A stretch of 64,000 bases of DNA, from assembly GCA_963765675.1 (NCBI GenBank), contig CAVXXK010000001.1, forward strand, positions 832,001-896,000. Direction: 5' to 3'. A model generated the notes under the pieces. The model searched no databases, was not told the origin of the DNA, and saw only the letters and a program-made list of their open reading frames with translations. A program made the translations under genes and the position numbers. Source of the stretch: an uncultured delta proteobacterium (lineage in GTDB: Bacteria > Desulfobacterota > Binatia > Binatales > Binataceae). Positions 48,524 through 57,842 of this stretch are shown here, one piece after another. Within the stretch, counting starts at the first letter, position 1, and each line of letters starts with the position of its first letter.

Positions 48524-49201
48524 ATGTTACGACCGGGAAGAGACAAAGGGCTTGCCACACCAATTCCATTAGGGCTGGCTGCGCTCGCGACCACGACATT
48601 TCTGCTTGGAGCTGCACTTATCTTCCAGCCCGCGACGGCTTGGGGACCGTATGTTCTCCAGGCCCTGATGTTTGGCGGGCTGGTTGAGTTGCTGGCCGGG
48701 ATGTGGTCGTTCCCATTCGGCGATCCGCTGGCGGCAACCACTTTTTCGTTTTTGGGAGTGTTCTTTCTTTGGTGGGGAATGGCCCACATGACCGTTCTCG
48801 GACTTCATGCTGCGGCGGCTCCGATGATGGACAGCATGGCGATGGTGTTCATCGTAAGCGGTGTCGTCACACTCTATTTGTGGATCGCATCGTTCTATGA
48901 ATTCACGGCATTCAATCTGGTCCTGCTGTTTCTGTGGATCTCCTTCGGACTTATCGGCATCGCGACGTTCACCGGAGTGGAAAGCCTGACGATGCTTGGT
49001 GGAATCGCGGCGCTCATCTCCGGTCTGATCGCCGCCTACGGCTCGTTCGCTGGGATTTACAATGCGACGAGCTTGACGGACACGGTCCCGCTCGGCGAAT
49101 CGAAAATGGTGCGTGACCGCGCCGAGAATGACGAAATGGAACGCATTCGCCGGACTCATCCAGGTGCTGCGCTACACAACGAAGCCGGCGCCCACGCCTG
49201 A
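48524..49201 (+). CDS. acetate uptake transporter family (GPR1/FUN34/SatP)
   Basis: ATPIPLGLAALATTTFLL, FGGLVELLAGMW, ATTFSFLGVF; six TM segments. Confidence 0.82.
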   Translation: MLRPGRDKGLATPIPLGLAALATTTFLLGAALIFQPATAWGPYVLQALMFGGLVELLAGMWSFPFGDPLAATTFSFLGVFFLWWGMAHMTVLGLHAAAAPMMDSMAMVFIVSGVVTLYLWIASFYEFTAFNLVLLFLWISFGLIGIATFTGVESLTMLGGIAALISGLIAAYGSFAGIYNATSLTDTVPLGESKMVRDRAENDEMERIRRTHPGAALHNEAGAHA

Positions 49202-49219
49202 GTAGCATCCGTAGAAATA

Positions 49220-49254
49220 GCGCGCGGAAGCCCTTGCCTGCGGCTTCCGCGCGC
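49220..49254. terminator. hairpin terminator between convergent genes
   Basis: 13-bp stem GCGCGCGGAAGCC / GGCTTCCGCGCGC followed by a T-rich tract. Confidence 0.6.
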
Positions 49255-49289
49255 GCCTATTTCTCGCGTTCAAGCCCGGCGCCAGGGAT

Positions 49290-50456
49290 CTAATGCTCGC
49301 GCGGATGAGTCGCGTTGTAGTCGCGGATCGCTTTTAAGATCGCGCCGCTGGCTTTTTCCATCAACTCGCCCTGGTTCGCGGTGACGCGGGCAGCCGAAGC
49401 CTCGATCGGCTTGATCAGTCCCTGGCAGCGCGGCATCACGTAGCGCGCGATCATCTCATAAGTTCGCAACGCCTGCTCGCGATTGGTCCAATCATGCGCG
49501 AAGCAGAGAATGGTGCCGAAGCCGCCCGATAGCTCCTGCAGCCGCGCGATCCGATCGAGCGCGTCATCGGGCGTGCCGATAATCGCGCCGCCATAGTCGG
49601 ACATCCGCTTGGCCGCGGCGTAGCCGTCGTCAAACCGCGGGCGCTGCGGAGTGCCGAGAATCCCGACGATATATTCGTTCTGCCATTTCTTGAGGCCTTC
49701 GGCGACTTCGCGCAGCGCCTGCTCTTTCGAATCCGCCAGATGAAACGGCATCACGATTCGCCAGTTGCTGCGATCGATATGCTGCCCATGCTCGCGCGCC
49801 GAGGTCTCGCCGAAGTTCCACTGCGTCGGCAGCGCCATCAGCCCCTCTTCGGAATACGACGCGACCGACAGCACGCCGATCCCGTACTTGCCCGCGCATT
49901 TCATCCCCGACGGCGAGATCGTTGAGGCGGTCGCGACCGGAATCCGCTCCTGCAGCGGACGAATCTGCAACGCCGCGTTGTGGAGCTCGAACCACGAGCC
50001 TTTGTAGCTGAACGGCTCGTCGGTCGTGAGCAGGCGCAGGATCACGCCCAGCCCTTCGTCCATCCGCTCGCGCTGCGTCATCGGATCGATCCCGAGCATC
50101 ACCGCGTCCGACGGCAGCGCTCCCGGACCGACGCCCAGCATCGCGCGCCCGTGGCTCAGATGATCGAGCATCACGATCCGCTGCGCCACGTTGAACGGGT
50201 GATGATAAGGAATCGAGACGACTCCGGTGCCGAGCTTGATCCGCTTGGTGCGCTCGGCCGCCGCGACCAGGAACATCTCGGGCGACGCGATCGTCTCCCA
50301 TCCCGCCGAGTGATGCTCCCCCACCCAGAATTCGTCATAGTGAAGTTGGTCGAGCCACTGCGCCAGTTCCAGATCGCGCTGAAACTGAAGCGTCGGGTGC
50401 TCGCCAATCGGATGATGCGGCGCCAGAAATGCGCCGAAGCCGAGCCGTTTAGTCAT
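49290..50456 (-). CDS. luciferase-like (LLM) flavin monooxygenase, limonene 1,2-monooxygenase-like
   Basis: FGAFLAPHH, WVGEHHSAGWE, LGTGVVSIPYHHP, GPGALPSDA. Confidence 0.88.
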   Translation of the reverse strand: MTKRLGFGAFLAPHHPIGEHPTLQFQRDLELAQWLDQLHYDEFWVGEHHSAGWETIASPEMFLVAAAERTKRIKLGTGVVSIPYHHPFNVAQRIVMLDHLSHGRAMLGVGPGALPSDAVMLGIDPMTQRERMDEGLGVILRLLTTDEPFSYKGSWFELHNAALQIRPLQERIPVATASTISPSGMKCAGKYGIGVLSVASYSEEGLMALPTQWNFGETSAREHGQHIDRSNWRIVMPFHLADSKEQALREVAEGLKKWQNEYIVGILGTPQRPRFDDGYAAAKRMSDYGGAIIGTPDDALDRIARLQELSGGFGTILCFAHDWTNREQALRTYEMIARYVMPRCQGLIKPIEASAARVTANQGELMEKASGAILKAIRDYNATHPREH

Positions 50457-50514
50457 CGAAGAAACTCCTTGTCGATTCGTTTATACAAGCCGCGCACGCG
50501 TGGGCCGCTTACAG

Positions 50515-50907
50515 CTAGCCGCGCAGCGCCGCTATTTGCGCACTATCGAGATACTCGTCCAGTCGCGTGATTTTTCCGGACTCGACGATACCCACCATAC
50601 ATCCTGCGATCGCGATTGCTTTGCCCGAGGCCTTCACGCGTCCCTGCAACACGTGCTGCTGCACGAATCCGGTCGGCGTCGGCTGACGCTTGATATCGGA
50701 GTAAGCAATTTCCGCGAGATTGCCGACCATCCATTCGAGCAGCGAGAGATTTTCCTCGGCCGTCTGGGTCGCGCCGTCGAAGTTGTGCCAGATTTTTATG
50801 TTCGGCGCATAGAGGCCGCGAACCGCGGCCACGTCGCCATGCTCGATCGCTTTGAACAATCGATCGGCCGCCTCGAGCGATTGTTTCTCTGATACCTTCG
50901 GTTCCAT
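50515..50907 (-). CDS. SnoaL/NTF2-like protein
   Basis: IWHNFD, GFVQQHVL, ITRLDEYLD. Confidence 0.82.
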   Translation of the reverse strand: MEPKVSEKQSLEAADRLFKAIEHGDVAAVRGLYAPNIKIWHNFDGATQTAEENLSLLEWMVGNLAEIAYSDIKRQPTPTGFVQQHVLQGRVKASGKAIAIAGCMVGIVESGKITRLDEYLDSAQIAALRG

Positions 50908-50937
50908 GGTCTTGCAGCCTCGAACAAAACTATATCA

Positions 50938-51585
50938 TTACATTTTGGTCGGTGACGCGGTCGCGGTTGTCGTCGGCCAGGGCGTCATCTTAGGAGCATC
51001 AGACGCCGCCGCCGAGGCTGCCGCGGACGGCGCCGCGCTGGGAAGCGGCGTCGGCACCGCGACGCTCGGAATCGGCGTCGGGCTCATCGACGCACCCGGA
51101 GACGGCGCGGCTTCTGCTCGCTGCGGTGCGGTCCCAACTCCGTAGTCATAAACCAACTCGCCGCCAAGATGTCCCTGGTAGCAAATCGCCACCACCCCAA
51201 TCACTGCGACGATCAAATAGATCGCGCGCGTCCGCGCCATCGCGGTCAGTCCCTGGATCAGGATCCGCCATAACGCGAGGATGCCGAAGGCGTACATCAG
51301 AATTGTGCCGAGCTCCGCGTGCCGATGCATCAGCGGCTTCGCGACCGGAGGGATAGTCTTCCAAACCCACTCCGGCTGCAGCTTTCCGCCCGTCACCCAC
51401 GAACCTGCGGCTGCGATTGCGCCGAGGATCATCAGCGTGAGCGCCATGTAGCGCGGCCAGATCCGGTTCGGCACCAGGCTCGCGACGAGATCGATAATCA
51501 CCGCGACGATGATCAGCGCGATCGAGAAGTGATCGACCACCGGATGAATCTGCAGGGATGTGATCCAAGCGAGGACGTTTGCCAT
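50938..51585 (-). CDS. DUF2231 membrane protein with Pro/Ser/Ala-rich tail
   Basis: IHPVVDHFSIAL, GHLGGELVYDYGVG. Confidence 0.8.
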   Translation of the reverse strand: MANVLAWITSLQIHPVVDHFSIALIIVAVIIDLVASLVPNRIWPRYMALTLMILGAIAAAGSWVTGGKLQPEWVWKTIPPVAKPLMHRHAELGTILMYAFGILALWRILIQGLTAMARTRAIYLIVAVIGVVAICYQGHLGGELVYDYGVGTAPQRAEAAPSPGASMSPTPIPSVAVPTPLPSAAPSAAASAAASDAPKMTPWPTTTATASPTKM

Positions 51586-51739
51586 CGGCTCTCCTGAAGG
51601 GCGCTGCGCTCGAGGCGCTCGAGCGGCGCGTTACGCGACCCAACTTTTATCGCAGAGCCTGCCCGTTCAGGCAATTCGATTTATGGCATTGGAAAGCTTT
51701 GTTGATCGCAAATCGAAGAAAAGGCGAAGCGCGACGCGC

Positions 51740-53566
51740 TCACTTTTTCGGTGATGGCGATGCCGATGGCGACGGACTCGCGGACGCCGTCGGCGATTCC
51801 GTCGGCGTTGGCGATGCGCTCGGCGTCGCAGATGCGGTCGCGGTGGAAATCGGCGTCGCGGTCGCCGAGGACGTTGCTACAGGCGCGGGCGTCGGAGCAG
51901 CGCTCGGGGGCTGGCGCACGTCGATCGCGAGATCATTAATCTCGACCGCGCTCCACGCGTGCGCGGTCAACATGAAGCGCGCGGCATTCGCTGGCGTGAG
52001 CTTGCTGAAATCGGGCTTCCAGCTTTCTTCAAATCCAAACTGAAAGTTGGTCTCTGTATCCGCCGATGCGACGGAAGCAGCCCTTGTCGCGACGACGGTC
52101 GCGGCCGCGGGATCAACCGACGGCGCGAGCGCGCGCAGGTACCACCCGATCGCGGGCGCGTCGCCCGGCAAATCGGCAGTCGCACCCGAACCGGCCAACT
52201 TTATCGCGCCCTCGCATTCCGCACGGGTCTGAATTGTCGTCGCGGGTCCGTTCCACAACAGCGACGCGCGCCGCTCCCACTGCGCCTCGCTCGCGTTTGG
52301 CGCCGCGATCACCGCGCTGGTCACGAACTGCGCGTACATCGCGAGTATTGCGATCGCGGCCGCCGGATAGCGCACGATGTCCCATCCTTCGAGCTCATGC
52401 AGCCACTGGATTCCCCACGCGCCCAGAAGCGCCATCGGCACGAGGAATCCGAGCGCGAACTCGGCGCCATACGGCCGTGCGATCGTCCACACCGCCGCGC
52501 TCACGATCGTCCAGACCAGGCACCACCCGGCGAAGTACGACTTGATCCGCCGCGCGAGGACTGCGATCACGCCCGCAAGCGCCGCAAGCACGATCGCGAA
52601 TTCATAGAAGCCGGCGATCGCGAGATATAAACGCGGCGCCGAGATCGCAGACGGGCTGACCGCGTCAGCGAGCGGCGCAAGCAACGCCGCGAACCGAACC
52701 CGAAGCGCCTCGGCGCTGAGCATCTCGATAATAACCACCCACACCGCGACGAACGCGATCGCGCCCGCAACCAGCAGCCATCCGCGCCGCGTCCACCATA
52801 CGCGGATGCGCAAGACCGTGTTGCCGCCTGCGATCGCGTTGATAACTCCGACGATCGCCAGCGCGAGTATCGCCGTAAGCACATCGATCGCGCCTGCCGG
52901 CCCTGCGCTGATCGCAAGCGCGAGAGCGATCGCAAGAGCTGCCGCGCGCGTCGCTGTCGGCCGGCGAACGAGCGCCATCGCGATCGCGACCGCGAGCATC
53001 ACCAGTGCGATTGCGGCGCTGGCGGTGGTCCCGAAGCTCGAAAAGTAAAGCATCGCCGGCGAGATCGCGAACATCGCGGCCGTCGCGAGCGCCCCCGCGC
53101 GCCCAATCGCACCGCGCAGCGCGAACGCCGCGCACAGCAACAGCAACGCGCCGAGCGCCGCGACAACGCGCGCGCTCATATCCGACGCGCCGAGCGCGTG
53201 AAAGATTCCAATCTGCGCAAACCCGATCCATCCGAGCGCCCGATCCGCCGCGGCCGGATACTGCCGGCCGGCCGCCAGCGCGTATTCGCCGAGCGCGCGC
53301 GCCGCCTCGCCCGGGAACATCGGACGCGTGCTGAGCGCGGCGATCCGCGTCAGGATCGTGTATGCCGCGACAAGAATCCATCCGAGATGCTCCGCCGTGA
53401 CCACGAACAGCGGACGCTCGAGCCGACGGGCGCTGCGAACGCCGCCGTGCTGCGCCTGCGGCGGCGCGAGCGGCGGCAAAGGCACAGGTTCGACGCGATT
53501 GTGCAGATCGTGCGGATCGATTCCCAGCCGCCAGTCGTCGGACCCGCGATGTTCGTCACCAACCAT
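51740..53566 (-). CDS. multi-pass GT-C/PMT-like membrane protein (TIGR03663-like)
   Basis: Many TM segments; RPMFPGEA, GASDMSARV, AISPAMLYFS; PTSA-rich C-terminus. Confidence 0.55.
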   Translation of the reverse strand: MVGDEHRGSDDWRLGIDPHDLHNRVEPVPLPPLAPPQAQHGGVRSARRLERPLFVVTAEHLGWILVAAYTILTRIAALSTRPMFPGEAARALGEYALAAGRQYPAAADRALGWIGFAQIGIFHALGASDMSARVVAALGALLLLCAAFALRGAIGRAGALATAAMFAISPAMLYFSSFGTTASAAIALVMLAVAIAMALVRRPTATRAAALAIALALAISAGPAGAIDVLTAILALAIVGVINAIAGGNTVLRIRVWWTRRGWLLVAGAIAFVAVWVVIIEMLSAEALRVRFAALLAPLADAVSPSAISAPRLYLAIAGFYEFAIVLAALAGVIAVLARRIKSYFAGWCLVWTIVSAAVWTIARPYGAEFALGFLVPMALLGAWGIQWLHELEGWDIVRYPAAAIAILAMYAQFVTSAVIAAPNASEAQWERRASLLWNGPATTIQTRAECEGAIKLAGSGATADLPGDAPAIGWYLRALAPSVDPAAATVVATRAASVASADTETNFQFGFEESWKPDFSKLTPANAARFMLTAHAWSAVEINDLAIDVRQPPSAAPTPAPVATSSATATPISTATASATPSASPTPTESPTASASPSPSASPSPKK

Positions 53567-53701
53567 CGATGCAAATCGCTATGTTCCCCCGCCCTGCGTG
53601 TCAACGCCGCCGCTGCGATAGTTACGAGCCCATGAAAGATCTGTTTCACACTTGTGCGACACGCTCATCCGATTATGCTTGAGTCGTTTGGGGCGGTTGC
53701 G

Positions 53702-55435
53702 ATGGCAGACGACAAGATCACTCCGGTCCGGCGCCTGTTTGGCGCGACCGTGTCATTCCTCGCGCTGGCGGCGATCATCGCGTTGTTCTTTGCCTATCGC
53801 GAGCGCGTCGCCCTGCCGATCCATCCGCCGAAATTCTCAACCTCGATCGAGCATCTTCCCTACTACGCCCTCTGCTCTTTCTACCGGATGCTGGCCGCTT
53901 ATATCGTCGCGCTGTTTTTTTCGATCGGATACGGGATGCTGGCGGCGCGCGGCGGAGTGTGGGAGCGCGTACTGATTCCGACCGTCGATATCGCGCAGTC
54001 GGTGCCGGTGGTCGGTTTCTTTCCCGCCGCGATTTTCTTTTTCGTCGCGCTCGCGCATGGCCATCAGATCGGCGTCGAGATGGCCGCGATCTTTCTCATC
54101 TTCACCAGCCAGGCATGGAACATGACGCTCGGCGTGTACGAGGCGGTGAAGACTCTTCCCGGCGATTCGAAAGAAGCGCTCGAGGCGTTCGGCGTCTCCG
54201 GATGGCTGCGGTTCAAGCGCCTGTGGATGCCGGCGTGCGTGCCCAAGCTGGTTTACAACTCGATCCTGTCGTGGGTCGCCGGATGGTATTACCTGATCGA
54301 GTGCGAGATTATCGCGGTCGGCCCGGCCAATTACCGCCTGCCGGGACTCGGCAGCTTTCTGATGGACGCCGCCGAACACGGCGCGTGGATCGAGCTCACC
54401 GCCGGGCTGCTGATCCTGCTCGTCATAATCGTGCTGATGGACGCGATCGTATGGCAGCCGCTAACGATCTGGTCCGACAAATTCCGCTACGAGTTTGCCG
54501 CGTCCTCGCAGACCGCGCGCTCGCTAGGGATGCTCGATGCGCTCGGCGGTATCGGACCCGCGATGACGCGTGCGCTGCGCGTCGTGCTGGTGCCGCCCTA
54601 TCGCGCGATCGCGCGGGCGACGGCGAAAATACCGCGCGTGACGATCGCTTCGACTCCCGCGGCGCGGCGCGCGGGGCAGTTCGTGCGGACGTTTCTGATC
54701 GCATCGGTCATCGTATTTTTTGCCTACGCGATCGGCGCCGGACTGGTTGCGCTGGCCCGCGCGCTGATCAAGCCGTGGCCCGCGGAGGCCAAGCAGATTC
54801 CGGTTGCGACGCTCGCCTCGTTTATGAGGATGGTTATCGCTTACGCGATATCGCTCGCGTGGACGGTCCCGTGCGCTCTGGCAGCCAGCGAGAGCCCGCG
54901 CTTCAACCGCTTTCTCGCGCCCGCAGCGGAGATCGTCGGTGCGATGCCCGCGACCGCGCTGTTCCCGCTGATCGTGGTGTTCGTGATCCGCGTGACCGGC
55001 CAGATGAACCTCGCGTCGATTCTGCTGATCCTGACCGGGATGCAGTGGTACCTGCTGTTCAATCTTTTGGCCGGCGTTAACCAGGTGCCCGAGGATTTGA
55101 AAGAAGCCGCGCGCGTCTTCGGACTCTCGCGCACCGCGACCTGGCGCAAGCTGATCCTTCCCGCCTCGCTGCCCTCGCTTATCACCGGCAGCCTGACCGC
55201 GTGGGGCGGAGGCTGGAATGCGCTGATCGTTTCCGAGTATTTCGTCTTCCGCGGCGATACTTATAAGGTTACCGGTCTTGGCGCGCTGCTCGATATGGCG
55301 ACCTATCAGACCCGCAACGGCACCATGATCCTTTTGAGCCTGCTGTCGATGGTCGCGGTCGTGTTAGTCTTGAATCGACTCGTCTGGCGGCGGCTATATA
55401 ACGTAGCAACCGAGCGCTACCGGCTGGACTACTAA
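53702..55435 (+). CDS. NitT/TauT-family ABC transporter permease (two permease domains)
   Basis: DIAQSVPVVGFFP, FTSQAWNM, EAA loop DLKEAARVFGL, TAWGGGWNA. Confidence 0.9.
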   Translation: MADDKITPVRRLFGATVSFLALAAIIALFFAYRERVALPIHPPKFSTSIEHLPYYALCSFYRMLAAYIVALFFSIGYGMLAARGGVWERVLIPTVDIAQSVPVVGFFPAAIFFFVALAHGHQIGVEMAAIFLIFTSQAWNMTLGVYEAVKTLPGDSKEALEAFGVSGWLRFKRLWMPACVPKLVYNSILSWVAGWYYLIECEIIAVGPANYRLPGLGSFLMDAAEHGAWIELTAGLLILLVIIVLMDAIVWQPLTIWSDKFRYEFAASSQTARSLGMLDALGGIGPAMTRALRVVLVPPYRAIARATAKIPRVTIASTPAARRAGQFVRTFLIASVIVFFAYAIGAGLVALARALIKPWPAEAKQIPVATLASFMRMVIAYAISLAWTVPCALAASESPRFNRFLAPAAEIVGAMPATALFPLIVVFVIRVTGQMNLASILLILTGMQWYLLFNLLAGVNQVPEDLKEAARVFGLSRTATWRKLILPASLPSLITGSLTAWGGGWNALIVSEYFVFRGDTYKVTGLGALLDMATYQTRNGTMILLSLLSMVAVVLVLNRLVWRRLYNVATERYRLDY

Positions 55436-55472
55436 CTACTCCAATGTGCGAAGACGCTGACCCCGCAGACCC

Positions 55473-56231
55473 ATGCCTCTCCTCGAGCTCCGCAACGTCT
55501 CCAAAAGCTTCTCGATCCCCAAGGGGATTCTGCTGGTGCTCGACGATATTTCGTTCACGGTCGAGGAAGGTGAGTTCGTCGCGCTGGTCGGACCGTCGGG
55601 ATGCGGCAAGTCCACGCTCCTGCGCCTGATCAATGGGATCATCCCGCTTACCTCCGGGCAAGTGCTCTATTGCGGCAAGCAGGTTGACGGGATCAATCTC
55701 GAATCGGCCCTGGTGTTCCAGTCCTTTGCGCTGCTGCCGTGGCTCTCGGTGAAAGCCAACGTCGAGATGGGCCTCGAGGCGCGAGGTCTCAGCCTGGAAG
55801 AACGCGAGAAGCGCGCGAGTATTTATATCGACAAGGTCGGCCTCGACGGCTTCGAAGAGGCCTACCCGCGCGAGCTCTCCGGCGGGATGAAACAGCGCGT
55901 CGGCTTCGCGCGCGCGATGGCGGTAGAGCCGCGCGTGCTCTTGATGGATGAGCCGTTCTCCGCGCTCGACGCCCTGACCGCGATCACGCTGCGCGAGGAA
56001 TTGCTCGATATCTGGCAGGCACCGGACATGTCGGTGAAGACGATCATCATGGTCACGCATATTATCGAAGAAGCGATCGAGCTTGCGGACCGGATTATCG
56101 TGCTCGGCTCGAGTCCGGGCCGCGTGGTCGCCGATCTCAAGGTCGATCTGCCGCGTCCGCGCGATCGCCGCTCAGACCCCTTCAACGTGTGGACCGATAA
56201 AGTCTTCTCGCTGATCGAGGAGCGCGGCTGA
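55473..56231 (+). CDS. NitT/TauT-family ABC ATP-binding protein
   Basis: GPSGCGKST, LSGGMKQRV, LLMDEPFSALD. Confidence 0.95.
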   Translation: MPLLELRNVSKSFSIPKGILLVLDDISFTVEEGEFVALVGPSGCGKSTLLRLINGIIPLTSGQVLYCGKQVDGINLESALVFQSFALLPWLSVKANVEMGLEARGLSLEEREKRASIYIDKVGLDGFEEAYPRELSGGMKQRVGFARAMAVEPRVLLMDEPFSALDALTAITLREELLDIWQAPDMSVKTIIMVTHIIEEAIELADRIIVLGSSPGRVVADLKVDLPRPRDRRSDPFNVWTDKVFSLIEERG

Positions 56232-56716
56232 TGCCGGTAAATATCATCCCGATTCCGGACTGCCAGCTCACCTGGGTCTTCGGCCTGCTCGAGCTGCTCG
56301 AAGACCGCGGCGGCCGCGAGGACGGCTACAAGATCGCGCGCGACCTGCAGTTCAAATTCGGTGATCTGCTCAAGGTGATGAAGGCCGCCGAAATTCTGGG
56401 CCTGGTCTCCACTCCTGCCGGCGACGTCGTGCTCGATCCGCTCGGCAAGCAGTTTCTCGACAGCGACATGAACCAGCGCAAGCTGCTCATCCGCGAGCAA
56501 CTGAAAAAGCATCCGCTGTTCAGCTACCTGGTGCGCCTGCTGCGCGGACAGGAGGACCGTTCGCTCGCCAAGGAAGTCGTGCTCGAGCATCTGGCGATGC
56601 TCTTGCCGAGCGAACCGCCGCAGCGGATGTTCCAAACGATTGTAAATTGGGGGCGCTTCGCCGAGCTGTTCGGCTATAACAAGGACGAGGACCGGTTCTA
56701 TCTCGATCACGAATAA
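56231..56716 (+). CDS. stand-alone AAA-associated C-terminal domain protein
   Basis: GLLELL, AAEILGL, IVNWGRFAELFGY; TGATG overlap with the ATPase. Confidence 0.8.
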   Translation: MPVNIIPIPDCQLTWVFGLLELLEDRGGREDGYKIARDLQFKFGDLLKVMKAAEILGLVSTPAGDVVLDPLGKQFLDSDMNQRKLLIREQLKKHPLFSYLVRLLRGQEDRSLAKEVVLEHLAMLLPSEPPQRMFQTIVNWGRFAELFGYNKDEDRFYLDHE

Positions 56717-56752
56717 GCGCGCCGCGAGCGTGCATACTGGAGGATCCAACCC

Positions 56753-57130
56753 ATGGCCGAATCAAGCTACGAAGTCGTCGAGCGCTTTTGCAAAGCGTGG
56801 AAAAATCACAACCTTGACGAAGTGATGGCGTTCTTCACCGACGACGCCGAATACCAGAACGTCCCCGTCGGACCGGGCGCAAAGGGCAAAGCGGCGGTCA
56901 AAGGCGTGATCGACACGTTCTGGGCGACGGCCAAATCGATCGAGTTCAAAGTCCTGCGCGCCGCCGCCAACGGCAACACGGTACTTAACGAACGACTCGA
57001 TATCTTCGATCTCGGCAACGGCAAGAAGATCGAGCTACCGGTCGCCGGCGTGTTCGAAGTCCGCAGCGGAAAAATCGCGCTGTGGCGCGACTACTTCGAC
57101 CTCGCGATGTACACCAAACAAATGAGTTGA
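56753..57130 (+). CDS. limonene-1,2-epoxide hydrolase family protein
   Basis: YQNVP, VLNERLD, PVAGVFEV, WRDYFD. Confidence 0.88.
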   Translation: MAESSYEVVERFCKAWKNHNLDEVMAFFTDDAEYQNVPVGPGAKGKAAVKGVIDTFWATAKSIEFKVLRAAANGNTVLNERLDIFDLGNGKKIELPVAGVFEVRSGKIALWRDYFDLAMYTKQMS

Positions 57131-57135
57131 AGAGA

Positions 57136-57238
57136 CAGGCGGCCACGAAGACACCAAGACACGAAGGAGAAGCGGGGCGTTTCCAGTAGGAAAGCCTCGC
57201 TAGTTTTCTTTGTGTCTTCGTGTCTTAGTGGCCGCCTG
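57136..57238. repeat. CACGAAGACAC-type palindromic repeat (copy 1)
   Basis: CAGGCGGCCACGAAGACACCAAGACACGAAG ... CTTTGTGTCTTCGTGTCTTAGTGGCCGCCTG; related copy at 61154-61217. Confidence 0.8.
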
Positions 57239-57368
57239 ATTTTTAACTGCCGCGCAATCTCTCCTCTCCGCCAGTAGGGCCGCCGTCCCGGCGGCCGACG
57301 CGAAGCATCTCTTTTCTGTCAGTGGATGCCGACGGCCCGTCGGCCGACGCGAAGCGTCATCTGCTCTG

Positions 57369-57822
57369 ATCCCTCGCCCTGAAAGGGAGAGGCCAGGTGA
57401 GGGACCGAATTCAGCGCGACGCGCAGCGCCGCGCGATTATAAAGAGGAATGTTGATCGAGCCAGCGCGAGAGACGGGCGGCTCCCGAGCCGCCCCTACGA
57501 AGATCGATTTCAAGAAGACCGATTGAATTCGTAGGGGCGCGTCGCGACGCGCCCGTCTGCGCACGGCAATGATATCGCAGCATCTTGCTCATACCTTCCG
57601 CCCCCGCCGGGACAGAGCCTGTCTGCCCCTCTCCCCCCGGGAGAGGGCGGCGCGGCGCGATGCTTGCGCTTCTTTCGCAAGCATCGTGACGCGCGGGTGA
57701 GGGCGGCCTTGCTCGATCGCGGATCGGGCTTAATACCCAGATTCCTCTTTATAATCGCGCGGCGCTGCGCGCCGCGCTGATTAAGGTCCCTCACCTAACC
57801 TCTCCCTTTCAGGGCGAGGGAT
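57369..57822. mobile_element. MITE-like composite with 82-bp inverted arms enclosing other REP units
   Basis: Arms 57369-57450 and 57741-57822 are near-perfect reverse complements; inside are an inverted GTAG-REP pair (57471-57558) and a 77-bp CCCTC unit (57627-57703). Confidence 0.7.
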
Positions 57823-57842
57823 AAGACTCGTGCCGAGCGCCC

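Noticed and set aside
57256-57273. AATCTCTCCTCTCCGCCA resembling a tRNA-Ser/Sec 3' end (att remnant)
   Set aside because: Short, lacks the TTCGA loop, does not match the selC 3' end exactly, and has no integrase nearby.
57319-57794. Small ORFs in the repeat regions (also 35920-36307 and 60380-60857)
   Set aside because: They are translations of palindromic repeats, with no RBS or protein motifs.
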